Source of the DNA: Azolla caroliniana
Lineage: Eukaryota; Plantae; Polypodiophyta
Direction: 5' to 3'
DNA: 64,000 nucleotides
NCBI GenBank assembly: GCA_043228905.1
Contig: JBHGNT010000003.1
Span: forward strand, 25,854,001 to 25,918,000
In this document: positions 26,060 through 38,353 of the stretch, in pieces
Layout of the letters: each line of letters begins with the position of its first letter
How positions within the stretch are numbered: the first letter of the stretch is position 1
The notes under the pieces: model-generated
Seen by the model: only the letters and a program-made list of their open reading frames with translations
What the model was told of the DNA's origin: nothing
Databases searched by the model: none
Made by a program: the position numbers and the translations under genes

Positions 26060-29000
26060 ATGATGGAAGAAGCCGAAGCAGTTGCAGAGCTGGAAGAAGA
26101 GTTGTCGCAGCTCTCTGTCGCTCCTTCCTCTTCTCACTATTCTATAGCAGAGAAGAAGAAAAAGAAGAAGAAGAAGAAGAAGAACACCGACTCTTCTTCT
26201 TCCCTATCTCTTCAGCTGCTTCCTAATTCGTCTCCTCTCCCTTCTCAGAAGCTTATAGAATCTTTGTTCCCATGGAAGATCGTCTGCAAACCTCGACTTG
26301 GTCGCTGTGCTGTATCCACCAGGTATGGAGACTTAGAGTTTTGATCAATAATCTCTTCCATTCATTCTGATTGCTACCATTATATCCACAGAATCAGAAC
26401 ATTTCCAGTTATGTACAGAAGCAATTATGATGAATTCTCGTCTTTGTTTTTGAAGTTATATAATAAAATGTTGTCTCTGTGCAAGCAAATGTTGGAGTCT
26501 CTATGCAGAAGAAATAAGAATGCGAAAATATTGTCTTTGTACTTGAAATATGTATATACAAGAAATGGTGATAAAATATTGTCTATTGGGTGAAGAATGA
26601 CGGTAAGATATTGGATTCTACATGCAGAAGAAATGATAATAGAAATTCATATCTTTGTAGAGCTGTACAACCTGGAATTTATATACCCCAGAAATGGTGT
26701 TGATTAAAATATTGTCATTAAATGCATGTAAATTTGGAACCTGCATACAGAAGAAACTATGATAAAAATAATTTCTTTACAGGGATGTAAATGCGATATC
26801 TACCAAGGAAATAATAATAAGATTTTGTCTGTGTAGGCAAATAAAATTTGGAATCTATTTACAGAATAAATGATGGTAAAGTGTTGTCTCTATCAGGCTG
26901 TAAAATTGGAATCTATACAGAAGAATGATAAAGCAAATTTCTGTCTTAAAATCTTTTCTCTGATTTTGCATTCTATACAATGATCAGTTTTGTCCTTGTA
27001 GCTAGGTATATGTAGAAGTATGAATCTTGTAGTGATGTAAAAATTACGTATACAAAATTTAAATCCTATGGGATGTAAAAGCTTTGTAAATAAATGAAAA
27101 AAAAATCAGTATAGGTATTAACAAATAATTCTTGTAGGTAGATAAAAGCCATATATATACAGGATGATGTATCATCTTGTACGGATGTTTACTAAATGCT
27201 ATATGTACAGAATGATGTTTCTTCTTGTAGGGGTGTAAAAGCTAATACATACAAATTAATAATTCTTGCAGGGACGTTAAATTTGTGTATACAGAATGAT
27301 GAATCATGTTGTATGATGTAAAAATGATGTATACAACTGATAAATCTTGTAGAAATGTAGAAACTTAATATATCAACTGATCATTCTCGTAAAGATTTGA
27401 AATTCTAATATACAAACTGATAATTTGCGTAGAGGTGTATTAGTTACATATACACAGACTGATGAATCATTATATATGGATGCGACATTTATATATACTG
27501 AACGATGAAGCTATACAAATAATACATTCTTACATCTATATACAGATCAATAAATTTTGTATGTACATATGTACTGAAAGATATGTACGAGCGATACCTC
27601 TTGTAGGGATGTGAAAGATCTCTCTCTCTCTCTCTCTCTATCTATATATGTATGTGGTGAATCTTGTGGGGATGTACACTATAAAAGCTATATACAAAAT
27701 GATAATTTGTTGGAATATAAATCTCATATAGGGAATTATAAATCTTGTACAAACGTAAAAGCTATAAATGGAGAATGATTAGGAATCTTAAATCACTTAT
27801 TTTTTTGCCATTATTTATGTAAGACATGTCTTCTAATATTTGCATCCCATTTTCAAGTTTCGATCCTGAAGATATGTACTGAAAATATGGAAAAGATTGT
27901 CAATTCTATTTTCTGGACACTGAAAATTTAAACTATATACAGAATTACCACGAAAATTTCTGTTCTAAACTATATTTGTAGGGATATAAAAGCAGGAGAA
28001 AAAGTCATATCGGAACAGGCTTTATCATTTGTCCTTCGTTCGACATACCGGATGGCTGCTTGCCACTTTTGCTGCAAAGATCTTTCAGAGGTTGTGCCTG
28101 GGGTTCAATGTGAAAAATGCAACTACACTATGTTTTGTGAGGTAATCTAAACCTTTTTACCTCTTTCGAAAACTTATACTTTTAATGATAATTCTCCACT
28201 TTGAGATTGCGATGGCTGTCAAAAGGATTAGACGTTTATTTCTTTCAAAATCACTTGCAGAATGTTTTTTCTTCACTTTGAGAATGCTTACCAAACAAGA
28301 ACTACATAAGGAAGAGCAACAATATCAGCACAGAAACGCTTACCTAAGAGTTGTGATTATCTCATTGAAAAGTGAAGTGAGCATATAAGGTGAGGTCCAT
28401 AATGTGTTCTACACTAGAGAGAGCAAAATTATATTACTCTCTCTAAAGAGATCAAAATGTCTATGAGCCCCACGACTGTTACAATCATGTGATCATATGA
28501 TATCCACCAAAGCTATGTGAGCTGAATTATAAAATACAAAATTCTATCTCCTCTCAGGGTGCAGGCAGCTAGGTTTGCAAATTGCTTTGTCGTTCGCTCT
28601 CTGAAGAGTCACCTAGAGCTCGCTTTATTTTTCCCATGCATGCTATAGATGACTTTGAGAATCCTAGTGGATAAGATAGGCTTGGAGGGCTGGAGTAGTT
28701 GGTGAGTAACTATGTGAGGTCTGGTATCTGTATGTGTAGTCTGCTGCTATGCCTACATCGCAGTGTCTCACATCTGATGAATGAAACAAACTGTCACTGA
28801 TGAGGTCTTGTTCACAGTTGGTGCATCGTGCTTCTACCAAGTTTGTTTGCAGAATAGCATGCATTGCTGAGGCTATAATTCTAATAATGTGAAATGCATC
28901 ATGACAGTCTTTCTCAGGGCTGCTAACCTTCATAGTACTGAATTCTTGTGTGGATCAGAGATATGGCAACTTCATTCACAGTGCAGAAGATTGGAGAAAC

Positions 29001-32000
29001 GTAGAAAGGCCACAAGTTATGACGATTTCCACATGACAAGGAACAAACCATTAGTACCACGAGATAGATAAATATCATTTTAATGTCCATGGGAGACTGA
29101 TGGCGAGGATTGAACCCTTAATTGTCCCAGAGACATCTTTTCAAGCCGTTCTTGTTTACATCAATCTGAGAATTGCATAGAAACTGTGATATACATTTGG
29201 CTCTTGCCTCTTTATACAGCTGGGAGAGTAAGATGAAACCAAACGGTGGTATGTGCAAATGCAAAACTAGTTCTTAGTACACGGCATTGACATGGATGCA
29301 CTCCCACCATTTGACTCACTATAACCTTAATTGTCCATTTCGGATATGTTGAAGTTGGAGACAGCTACAAGTGATATAGGAATAAAGTATTGTAAGTCTT
29401 TCAAATGGTTCATTAATAAAGCAGCAAGGATATGAACACATGTGTTACATGGCTTACCATATAATGATAAGCCAGGTACAGACAATCGTTTCAGCAGTCA
29501 AGGATAGAGACTGGATGATATACATATAGCTTTAGAGTACCACATCTGCTGACTTCATAAGGTCGAAGCCATCAGCACACAGTCTTGGAAACACCCTTCT
29601 CAGCCAATCAACATTTCTATTTTGGATCACTGCATCTGCTGACTGGATGGGGATTTTGAGATGATGATGATGTCAGTTCAATGAACAGCCTCAGTTCAAT
29701 GACAATTGTCGTCTTTGTCAGGTCCATTAAAAAATTATGGTCTTTTAGATACGTTAATGGGCAATGAATGTATTCTAGGGAGAACCGAGAAAAGATGTTA
29801 GCCAACCTTGTATTCTATGGAAAACGGAGAAAACATGTTAGCCAACCTATAAAAGGGTCCCAAAAAATGCCCTCTAAGGGACAGGAAAGTTGTATCAGAT
29901 GGTACTAGTAGTGGCATTAATGGACAATACTTGCAGACGATGAAAGTTAAATACATGAATTGTTATGATAAGATCCCATAACCACTATTATATGTTAATT
30001 ATGTGCATGCAACCCATGAAGTTTGTTAATCAAAAGTTCTACATTGACACAGATTGAACCTTGGTGAGAGTGCATATAACATTTTGAATCATTATAACTG
30101 CCTCCTGTTCTTATTTCTCTTTGCGATTCAAGACCTACTGGGGCTATTGAGTTATTGATACCTCATTCAGAATGACTTTACATCTATATCCACCAATTAT
30201 CTCTGAGATATGTTTTTCTTTTTCTCTCAAATGGATTATGACTACTTGTTGTGAGATATAGTATATCATGCTTACTATCTGTTATTGGTGTAGAAAAGTT
30301 TGATAATGATCATGAACCTTTTTAGTTTGGTTTCCTATTGATTCGTTTGTTTTCTTATCATTGCTATAAGTTGGCACTACGTATGTAATAGTTTCTAAAG
30401 CCGGCTATTCATATACTTAGATTGCCAAATTTCATGGGTCATGTTCCTACATAAGGGATGTGCTTTATACAAGGTTTTGAAAACTTGATTTCCCTTAAGT
30501 ATTTAGGCATCATAAACTATTGTTATTGTGACTGACAGGAGTGTGAACGTATCATTAGACCAGTACATAAGATTTACTGTGAAATGTTCAGTAAAATCGG
30601 CAGAATTGCAGAAGAGGCAGATTGTGATGGAGACCTCTTAAGGCTTGTGCTTTCACTCTATCTAAGGAGAGCCAATCAGGTTTATGATTTCATTAAAGCT
30701 ATTTACTGTTACTTTCTTGTTGTAAATATTTCCTAATATTTTTATTTCAGGCCTTAAAAAATTGTAAATTGATCTTGTTGATTTAATAATGTCTTTCAGC
30801 AGCCAACAGATGGTGAAGCAGGAAGTGTTCAACAAGGCATTCTACACCCATCCTTTCAGGTTCATAGTTATTTGTTAAATATGTAGAATCTTCTTTAAGT
30901 TTCCTATCTTAATTATTATCATTCTAAATGTAGGATGCAATGGGTCTTCAAACACATAGAGAGAAGGTTTCATCAGCTTGGAGGTCTTCAGTGAGGAATG
31001 GTTGTGAAGCATTGTGCAAGCTACTTGACAATCATGTTATGAACTTTAACAGCACTGCAGGTCTTCAGTTTCAGGATATCGAGTCCAACTTGTGAAAATG
31101 TTTGTGGGTTGATTGTGGTATATGCTTTTCAAAGTTGCGGCGTTGTTACACTGGCAATTAGTCAATCTATTCACCTCATGTTTTTAATAGCATCCGAAAA
31201 CATATGTCACAGTCTATGTGCCATGAAAGATAGAGATTACCCTCATTGGGAAGATAAAATATGACGACCCATGGAACTCAAAAACCATGCAAAGCGAGAT
31301 ATCTTTTGAAAGATAGAGATTACCCTCGTTGGGAAGATAAATATGACCAGCCATGGAACTCAAAAACAATGCAAAGCTAGCCTGTGCTAATCATTTTGTC
31401 CAGATTTTCTGACAATCTCTAAGGCATGGAGTGATCTTTTGCTAAAAGTTGTTGTGTATTCTTGGAATTTTGGAGTCTGGAAATGCTATCTTGGATATCA
31501 AATATATTTTCTATTCAATAACATGCATAATCCTTTCTTTACAGTCCAATAATTATGATAGATATGCCCCCAGTATCAAAGGCATGGCGTAGTTTTCTGC
31601 TAAAATGTTTTGGAGGATATGAATATAACTGAGCTGGAAATGTTCTCATCTCCACTATATTCATATTGCAATCTATAGAGCATGCATAACCAAAACTTGT
31701 TCGTCTTACTTTTGCTCCTGTTTAATTGTAAAATGTACATTGTACTGTTATAAAAAAAATACACGAATACCTAATTTCATTTTATCGCTGATATGTTTTA
31801 CTGTAAATATTTTCTAGAGGACTTGGAATATCTAGCAGCCTTGATCAATGCAAATGCGCATGGAATGGGTGCTCAAGGTCTTCATAACACAGATATTGCC
31901 ATTGGAATTTTTCCTTTTGTTTCTATGATGAACCATTCATGCAGGTGACGCCTATTTATATATACAAAATGTATTAGTCTTTGAAATTATAAATCCAAAA

Positions 32001-34996
32001 CTGTACTTAGGTAAGATTATTCTTGTAGCAAACATTCATGTGGATATTTTGCTGGTGGTTGTGTACCATGCATAGTTGTTAAAAAACGCGTATTCTACAT
32101 TTAGAATACAGTTTAGAATACTTTGAAGTATTCTACATGTATTCTACGTTTTAGAACTGCCATTTTGCAATTTTTCACATATTCAATGTATTTAACATTT
32201 CAAAAATGTTCCAAAATGTTTTTTATTTTGAAAAAAGAAATTTAAAATTTAAGAAGTATTTAAAGTATTTTACACGTATTCTACGTATTTAAAGTATTCT
32301 ACACGTATTCAAAGTATTTAACGTATTTTATCTGTAAAATACGTATTCTAAGTATTTGAAATAAAGGTTAGAATACTTGTAGAATACTTAGCATACGTAT
32401 TCTACATGCATTGTATGCTAAGTATTCGACAACAATGGTACCATATATCCATTCCAAAACAAAAGATTTGTTCACATGGTCTGAAAAAGGTTCATCCTGA
32501 AATGGAGCTTTGGTTGGGTTTTTGTGTGGCGGTTCTCTATCCTCAGCATTTGGTTGTTCCTCTGATTATATGGTTGTTTTTCTAAAGCTTGAGAACCAAT
32601 TTGCAGGCCAAATTGTTGTTTTTGTTCTGAAGGCAATGTATTGCATGTAAGAGCAACAGAAGACATACCCAAAGGCAAAGAGGTTGCTTTCTATTGATTG
32701 GAAGACTGTCAACTTGAATTTTTCGAATACTATTTTCTCAAATTGTGTCGGAACTTTAATGTCCAGCTCTGCTTATCATATATAAATTTGTATGAATCTC
32801 GAGCCACAAGGAGGGAACAACTTGCAGCCACAAAATATTTTGATTGCCAATGTGTTCGCTGTGTGGAACCTCTTTCTTCTTCAGCTGATCGCTTTCTTGA
32901 GGTTTCCCTTTTGCCTTGTGGATTTGTTGTTGAATGAATTGGGATCTATTTTATGTTTTATGCTGGAATATAGTCATGATTTTCTATGAAACTCAGATGT
33001 TAGTTCCTTGAAATTGAGCTTAATTGTTTGCTTTGCAGGGTGTAGTCTGCAATAAGAAAGGGTGTGGTGGAGTGGTCATCAGAAAGCTTCAAGATATGAG
33101 CAGTTCAACAGCTGATCAATCTCTTGTGCCGTGGCAATGTGATTCTTGTTGTGGTATTTTGGATCCATCATCGGATCCTAGTCAAAATAGGCCTCTCAAT
33201 GAAAGGCCATGGGATTTAATAGCACTTGCAAACGAGAAACTTTGTACAGCCCTTTCGATATACAAGGAGAGGCGATTCAAGGATGCTCGTGTTTTGCTTG
33301 AAGGTTTTATATCCGAGTTCTCTGGAAAGTTGGTATGATTTATTCTGGATTCTTATGAAACAATCAAATGTGAAGTAAATTCTGCTTCATAACATATTTG
33401 TGTTTGCAGCACCCTTTGCATGTGCTTCTTTTTGATGCTTTGACACCATTAATGAATTGTTGCCGAGTTCTTGGGGATGCAGAAGGTGGCGTACGGGTGT
33501 GCAGAAATATAATAAATAGCCTGGAGAAAGTGGTAAATGGGCCTTCCCTTGAGCTAGCGAATTTCTATTTCTGTCTTGGAGAGATGTACTCAGAACGTGC
33601 AGATTCTTCTGATATATCTCCTGTGTTGGCAAAACGATATAAGAGACTTGTAAGTGACATTATACATATTTGGAAATCGTACTTTCTTTGTTTTTGCTAG
33701 ACAGTTGACTCAAAGTTAAGATAAGAAGGTACATTTAGAGGGTTGTATAATGCTAAAATACCAGAGTGTTTCTATGAGAAGCCTATTTTTAATTATGCTG
33801 GCTAGCGAATTTCTATTTCTGTCTTGGAGAGATGTACTCAGAACGTGCAGATTCTTCTGATATATCTCCTGTGTTGGTAAAACGATATAAGAGACTTGTA
33901 AGTGACATTATACTTTGGAAATCGTACTTTCTTTGTTTTTGCTAGACAGTTGACTCAAAGTTCAGATAAGAAGGTACATTTAGAGGGTTGTATAATGCTA
34001 AAATACCATAGTGTTTCAATGAGAAGCCTATTTATAATTATGCTGGTTAGCTATGTACACCTATGCCTATTATGGAGTTTCTGTGGTCTTCAATGGAAGG
34101 CTGAGACTGTACAGGAGTATTTGGGAGTTCTTCCCTATATGTTCCCATAATAGAACTGTATGACTTTTTGAATGTAGAGTCCACAATATTATCTCATTTG
34201 TTGGAGAGATCTTTCTTATTTCCCCCTTAGATACTTTTAATTTGCCCTTCGCTGAAGTTATGTAATCGCCTAATCGCCTCGGCATGAGGGGCATTTGGGG
34301 AAATAAAGAATAATCCAAGGGTATTTTGGGGTCCTATATATTTTTCTATAATTGGGCTGTACAGTTTTCTGAGAGTAGAGCCTATGCCAGTATCTGGGGA
34401 TACCTTTCAAATTTCCCCTTTCATGGATGCATTCAATATACTATTCTCTGAACTAATGTGAAGGACTTGGCTTGAGGGATCTATACGCCCATTTGTTCTA
34501 ATGAGCGTTTAAGAGAATTTCCATTCTGTTTGGCCTTATATTTGAATATTTTAAATGCCCAGCCTTTTATTAGTTTTCTTGTTGGGTCTTTAGTGACTCA
34601 AATGTAATTATGTTCCATGGGCTCACAAGTTATACATAAAGTGAGTTATGGTGGAAGTTGACAATTTCCAAATGATAGGGGGATTAAATTATGGTGATGT
34701 TGCTCACTCATGAGTCCATAAACATAAACAATGTATCTTTTCCCTCTAGCTTCAGGAATGCATGTTGCAAATACATTTGTAGATTGATATTGTCCCATTT
34801 AGCATATAGATAAGTATGTCATTTGGGCACGACATTCACAAGTGGCATTTAGTAAATTAGTTCAATTTGCAAGGTTGGAACTCTGGTGCAATTGTGTGAA
34901 CAGTTTTTTTTTGTTTTGTTACAGGGACTTGAGATGTTTCAACAAGTGCGTCATATGCGACAAATATGCATAGGAGCGCCTACTTTGGTAGGCTAG
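26060..34996 (+). CDS. SET and MYND domain lysine methyltransferase (SMYD/ASHR-like), 11 exons
   Basis: Exons 26060-26322, 27982-28141, 30539-30679, 30800-30859, 30934-31060, 31818-31944, 32607-32682, 32767-32901, 33039-33332, 33410-33649, 34925-34996 (TAG). Split SET (GRCAVSTRDIKAGE; GIFPFVSMMNHSCRPNC; RATEDIPKGKELCLSY), MYND-like CHFC-CEKC-CEEC-HKIYC, post-SET FDCQCVRC, second Cys cluster CNKKGC/WQCDSC, helical C-terminus; poly-Lys N-terminal tract. Confidence 0.92.
26560..27981 (+). repeat. Degenerate ~40-50-bp tandem array filling SMYD intron 1
   Basis: Recurring units of the form atcttgtagggatgtaaaagctatatacagaatgat (e.g. 26776, 27025, 27131, 27223, 27264, 27345, 27600, 27662, 27743). 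Confidence 0.7.
31226..31378. repeat. ~82-bp tandem duplication in SMYD intron 5
   Basis: gaaagatagagattaccctc.ttgggaagataaa.tatgac...ccatggaactcaaaaac.atgcaaagc twice. Confidence 0.85.
32071..32437. mobile_element. Non-autonomous hAT-type DNA transposon (MITE, 367 bp) in SMYD intron 6
   Basis: TIR CATAGTTGT...ACAACAATG (1 mismatch); 8-bp TSD GTACCATG (32063-32070) / GTACCATA (32438-32445); AT-rich body with many subterminal (ac)gtattc/gaatac motifs. An 8-bp TSD is typical of hAT. Confidence 0.75.
33553..34046 (+). repeat. ~248-bp tandem duplication of the 3' part of SMYD exon 10 plus intron start
   Basis: gctagcgaatttctatttctgtcttggagagatgtactcagaacgtgcag...aagagacttgtaagtgac...aattatgctgg at 33553 and 33801; near identical apart from a small indel and a few substitutions. 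Confidence 0.92.
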
Positions 34997-35769
34997 GTTG
35001 TATGTATTTCTATTTTTTGTGGTCAGATGGCTAGCTACATATTGACAATAGCAACACGAAGATGGATCACAGGAATATTATTGCTCATTCCGGAGCTTAG
35101 GATGTGATTTCAGATTTTTCCAGGAGACACCTGAATGAATTTTATGGGGAAATGGATTGAGTGTAATTTTATAGTTGCAATCCTTCTATGCTGGAGGAAT
35201 TTGAAGTATTTGTTATGTTCTGTTAATTCGTGTCATTGATATAGAACTGGTTACTCTCTGTTGTGAAATGAGAAGTCTTCTGCCCTAAACAATTAGTATA
35301 TTGATAATCTTTGTTTAGTCGAAACGTCCTAAAGCTTACCAACGTTCTGTTCCATGTGTTGTCAAATTTAGGAAACCATGTGTACATATCATTTTGACCT
35401 TTATCCAGACTAGTAACTGGGATTTCCCATTGTTCATCCTCTTCCAGATGCTTGATCCACGTATTTGAATGAACATGTGCACATTGGGTTCTCCCTATAA
35501 CTTGGCTGCTTCTAGGTTCTCAAAACTCCTCCATTTGGTATAAGATTGGTGACATATTTCAAAGTTCATTGGATCTATATATTTCAAAGCTATAAGAGAG
35601 TATGTATCTAAGATTGATGACATGTGATTTTGAGCAATTTCTGTCTCTAGACATAGAACATAATATTTGTGTTCGTGCAAGCATTCAAACGTTTGGAAAC
35701 GAACACGTTTGAAATAGGAAAAATACGTGCTTTTTTTTTCTTCTTCTTTTTCATTTATTATCATTACAA

Positions 35770-36350
35770 TTCAGCTCACCCTAGTACGGAGTCATGCTAT
35801 TGTTGTCAATGTCTTGGGTTCGATTCCCAGTTTTCTCATCTCTCTTTCTCTCTCATTTGTACTATGTCATGGCAAAATTTTATTTAGTGTCATAATAGTT
35901 TTTTTCTTTTACTTTTTTATTATTAGAACTAAGCACATCCTAGTGGTAACTTGTTGTGTTACTATTATTGGTGTCTTGGGTTCAATTCCCAACTTTCTCA
36001 TATCGTCTTGTTAGTGTCATGGCAAAAATTTATGTTAGTGTCATGAACCTTTTTCTTCTTTTTCTTTCTTTCTTTGTTATTAGAAATTAGGTCACCCTAG
36101 TGGTAAGTTGTTATGCTACTACTGCCTATGTCATGGCAAAATTTTATGTTAGTGTCATGTTCCTTTTTCTTTCTTTTTTTATTTCTTTGTTATTAGAAAT
36201 TAGGTCACCCTAGTGGTAAGTTGTTATGCTACTACTGCCCATGTCATGGCAAAATTTTATGTTAGTGTCATGTTCCTTTTTCTTTCTTTGTTATTAGAAA
36301 TTAGGTCACCCTAGTGGTAAGTTGTTATGCTACTATTGCATATGTCATGT
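35770..36350 (+). repeat. Tandem array (~100-120-bp units) built from a tRNA-derived SINE-like head
   Basis: Units tgtcatggcaaaattttatgttagtgtcatg-(T-rich)-ttattagaaattaggtcaccctagtggtaagttgttatgctactac repeated 4-5 times; the first two carry B-box-like gggttcgattccc / gggttcaattccc, and the later units carry A-box-like tagtggtaa. Confidence 0.7.
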
Positions 36351-38353
36351 TTTCTTCATATTCTCGAATATACATTTTATGAGTTTTTGAATGTTTGATT
36401 ATAATTTTTAATGACATATTTTGATTCAATCTCTATAGTTCATACTCATTTTTTTGTAAAGTTCTAAAGTGAGGATGATAGAGATGTCTTGATTCGCATC
36501 CCAAAATATATGCATGTTATACAATGCAAATATTGCAACCTGGTGGTTCACAATGGATTAGAGTCCACTTATTGGGATTGAGAGTGAATCAATATATAAT
36601 ATAGACCCTAGTCAATCCAATCCAACTTTGAGATGATTTACCATACACGTTTGATTGAATCATTCTCGAATGTGAATGCACGTATGATACGTATGGTCCA
36701 TTCTATGAGACAGAACATGTTTCGTGAATGATGGGGTAATTATATTTCACAGCGGATTTTACTTCAATTTACTCTCATGGAAGACCATGACCTTGTGGAA
36801 ACATACATCTTTTTAGTGATGGAACTACCATAGCGTTCATGCAAACTTTAGGAACTTTAATTAGTTGCTCGATTTTTCAAGATGTTAAAATATTACATTT
36901 CTCAAAGCATCAGAGCACATGTTTTTTATTTGCATTTCCTTAAACTTTAATCCCTAAAATGTTGGGGAAGTTCTAAGATGACTGCTACAAGCATATGCTT
37001 TACCAATATTTCAAAATTTCCAAATGAACTTTCTGAATAACTGTTTGAAAATCGTGGCCTCAACAAGATCATTGGTTACATTCACAACCTTGTTTATGAT
37101 GCCTCAACTTTTGACTATAAGCTCGAGTATGCTAGTGTCATGTGATGAATGTGTTGAACATGCCACTTTCATCTTTGCTACTATAGTTTATGATAGTGAT
37201 TATTACATGTTAGTTTATTGAAGCCTGTATCCTCGAGTTTCCCTTGACAAATATACATTATGTTGTTTTAAAAAATGGCAATTATATCTTATGCCATTAT
37301 CCTTTATGATACTAACAACCATGTTGTTCATTTCTTTATATGAAAGACAAATGGTTATATATATCCACAAAAGTTGAACAAAACCACCTTTAAAAGTTTA
37401 CAAATTTCAGGATTTGTGCTAGTAGTAAGAAAAAGCAAGGGAAAACGTCAATACATTAGAGCTTCACATGATTGCTACATATGGGAGAGTAAACACCATA
37501 TTAAACCAAAGTGCATGGCCAATGAGATAAATTTTATTGAATCATATCAAAAGTTTTCATTGTGGGAATATAATTACATTACCAAGGACTTAACATTGTG
37601 TTCTCCCCCCCATTTAATAGTCCATCATATGTAAACAACTTCAAAATCCCAAATAATATTTCCATCATAACTAAAAAACAAGTAGCTAAGTAGTCTATAA
37701 AGCATGTGTTTGACAAAACACGTGTGAAGTTTCAATTATAGTTATAACCTAGAGTTCCCAATGATATAACACATTAAACATTCATTTGTGAAGTGTCTAA
37801 AACCAATGATTTCATTCCACAAGAAATGGTTTCTTTAACAAGAAGATCAAAGACAATTGGAAAATATGTTGGGTGACAACTTAATTTGGACTCTAAGAGA
37901 GAGAGAACCAAAATGATTAGACAAAACATTTGTAGGTTATCAAAAGTGAGAAGTGTATAGGAAGGTTACATAAAGCAATTTGCAACATGTATAAAACATA
38001 AGAAGCATAAGATGGCAACCGTAGATATGTACATCCATAGAGATTTTTACAATAGAAAAAGAAATAAATGCGTTTTTGCACTCTTTTTATTACCAAATAA
38101 ATAAATAACAAATTCAATAAAGAAATAGCGAAAGCAAAAGGAGTGTCTTTTACAAATCTCATGAATAAAGTGAGAAGTCACATGAACCTCTTCTTGTCCT
38201 TGTCCTTGTTCTCATAAGGGACCCCTACAGGCCCCATTTTGTTCGTAAAATAAGTTAATAACTAAAAACTACCTCTCTAGACTTGATTTGACATAATTAT
38301 TTCTTCCACATTAAATAAAACAATTGAGTCCTTATATAAATGGAGGGAGTCTT

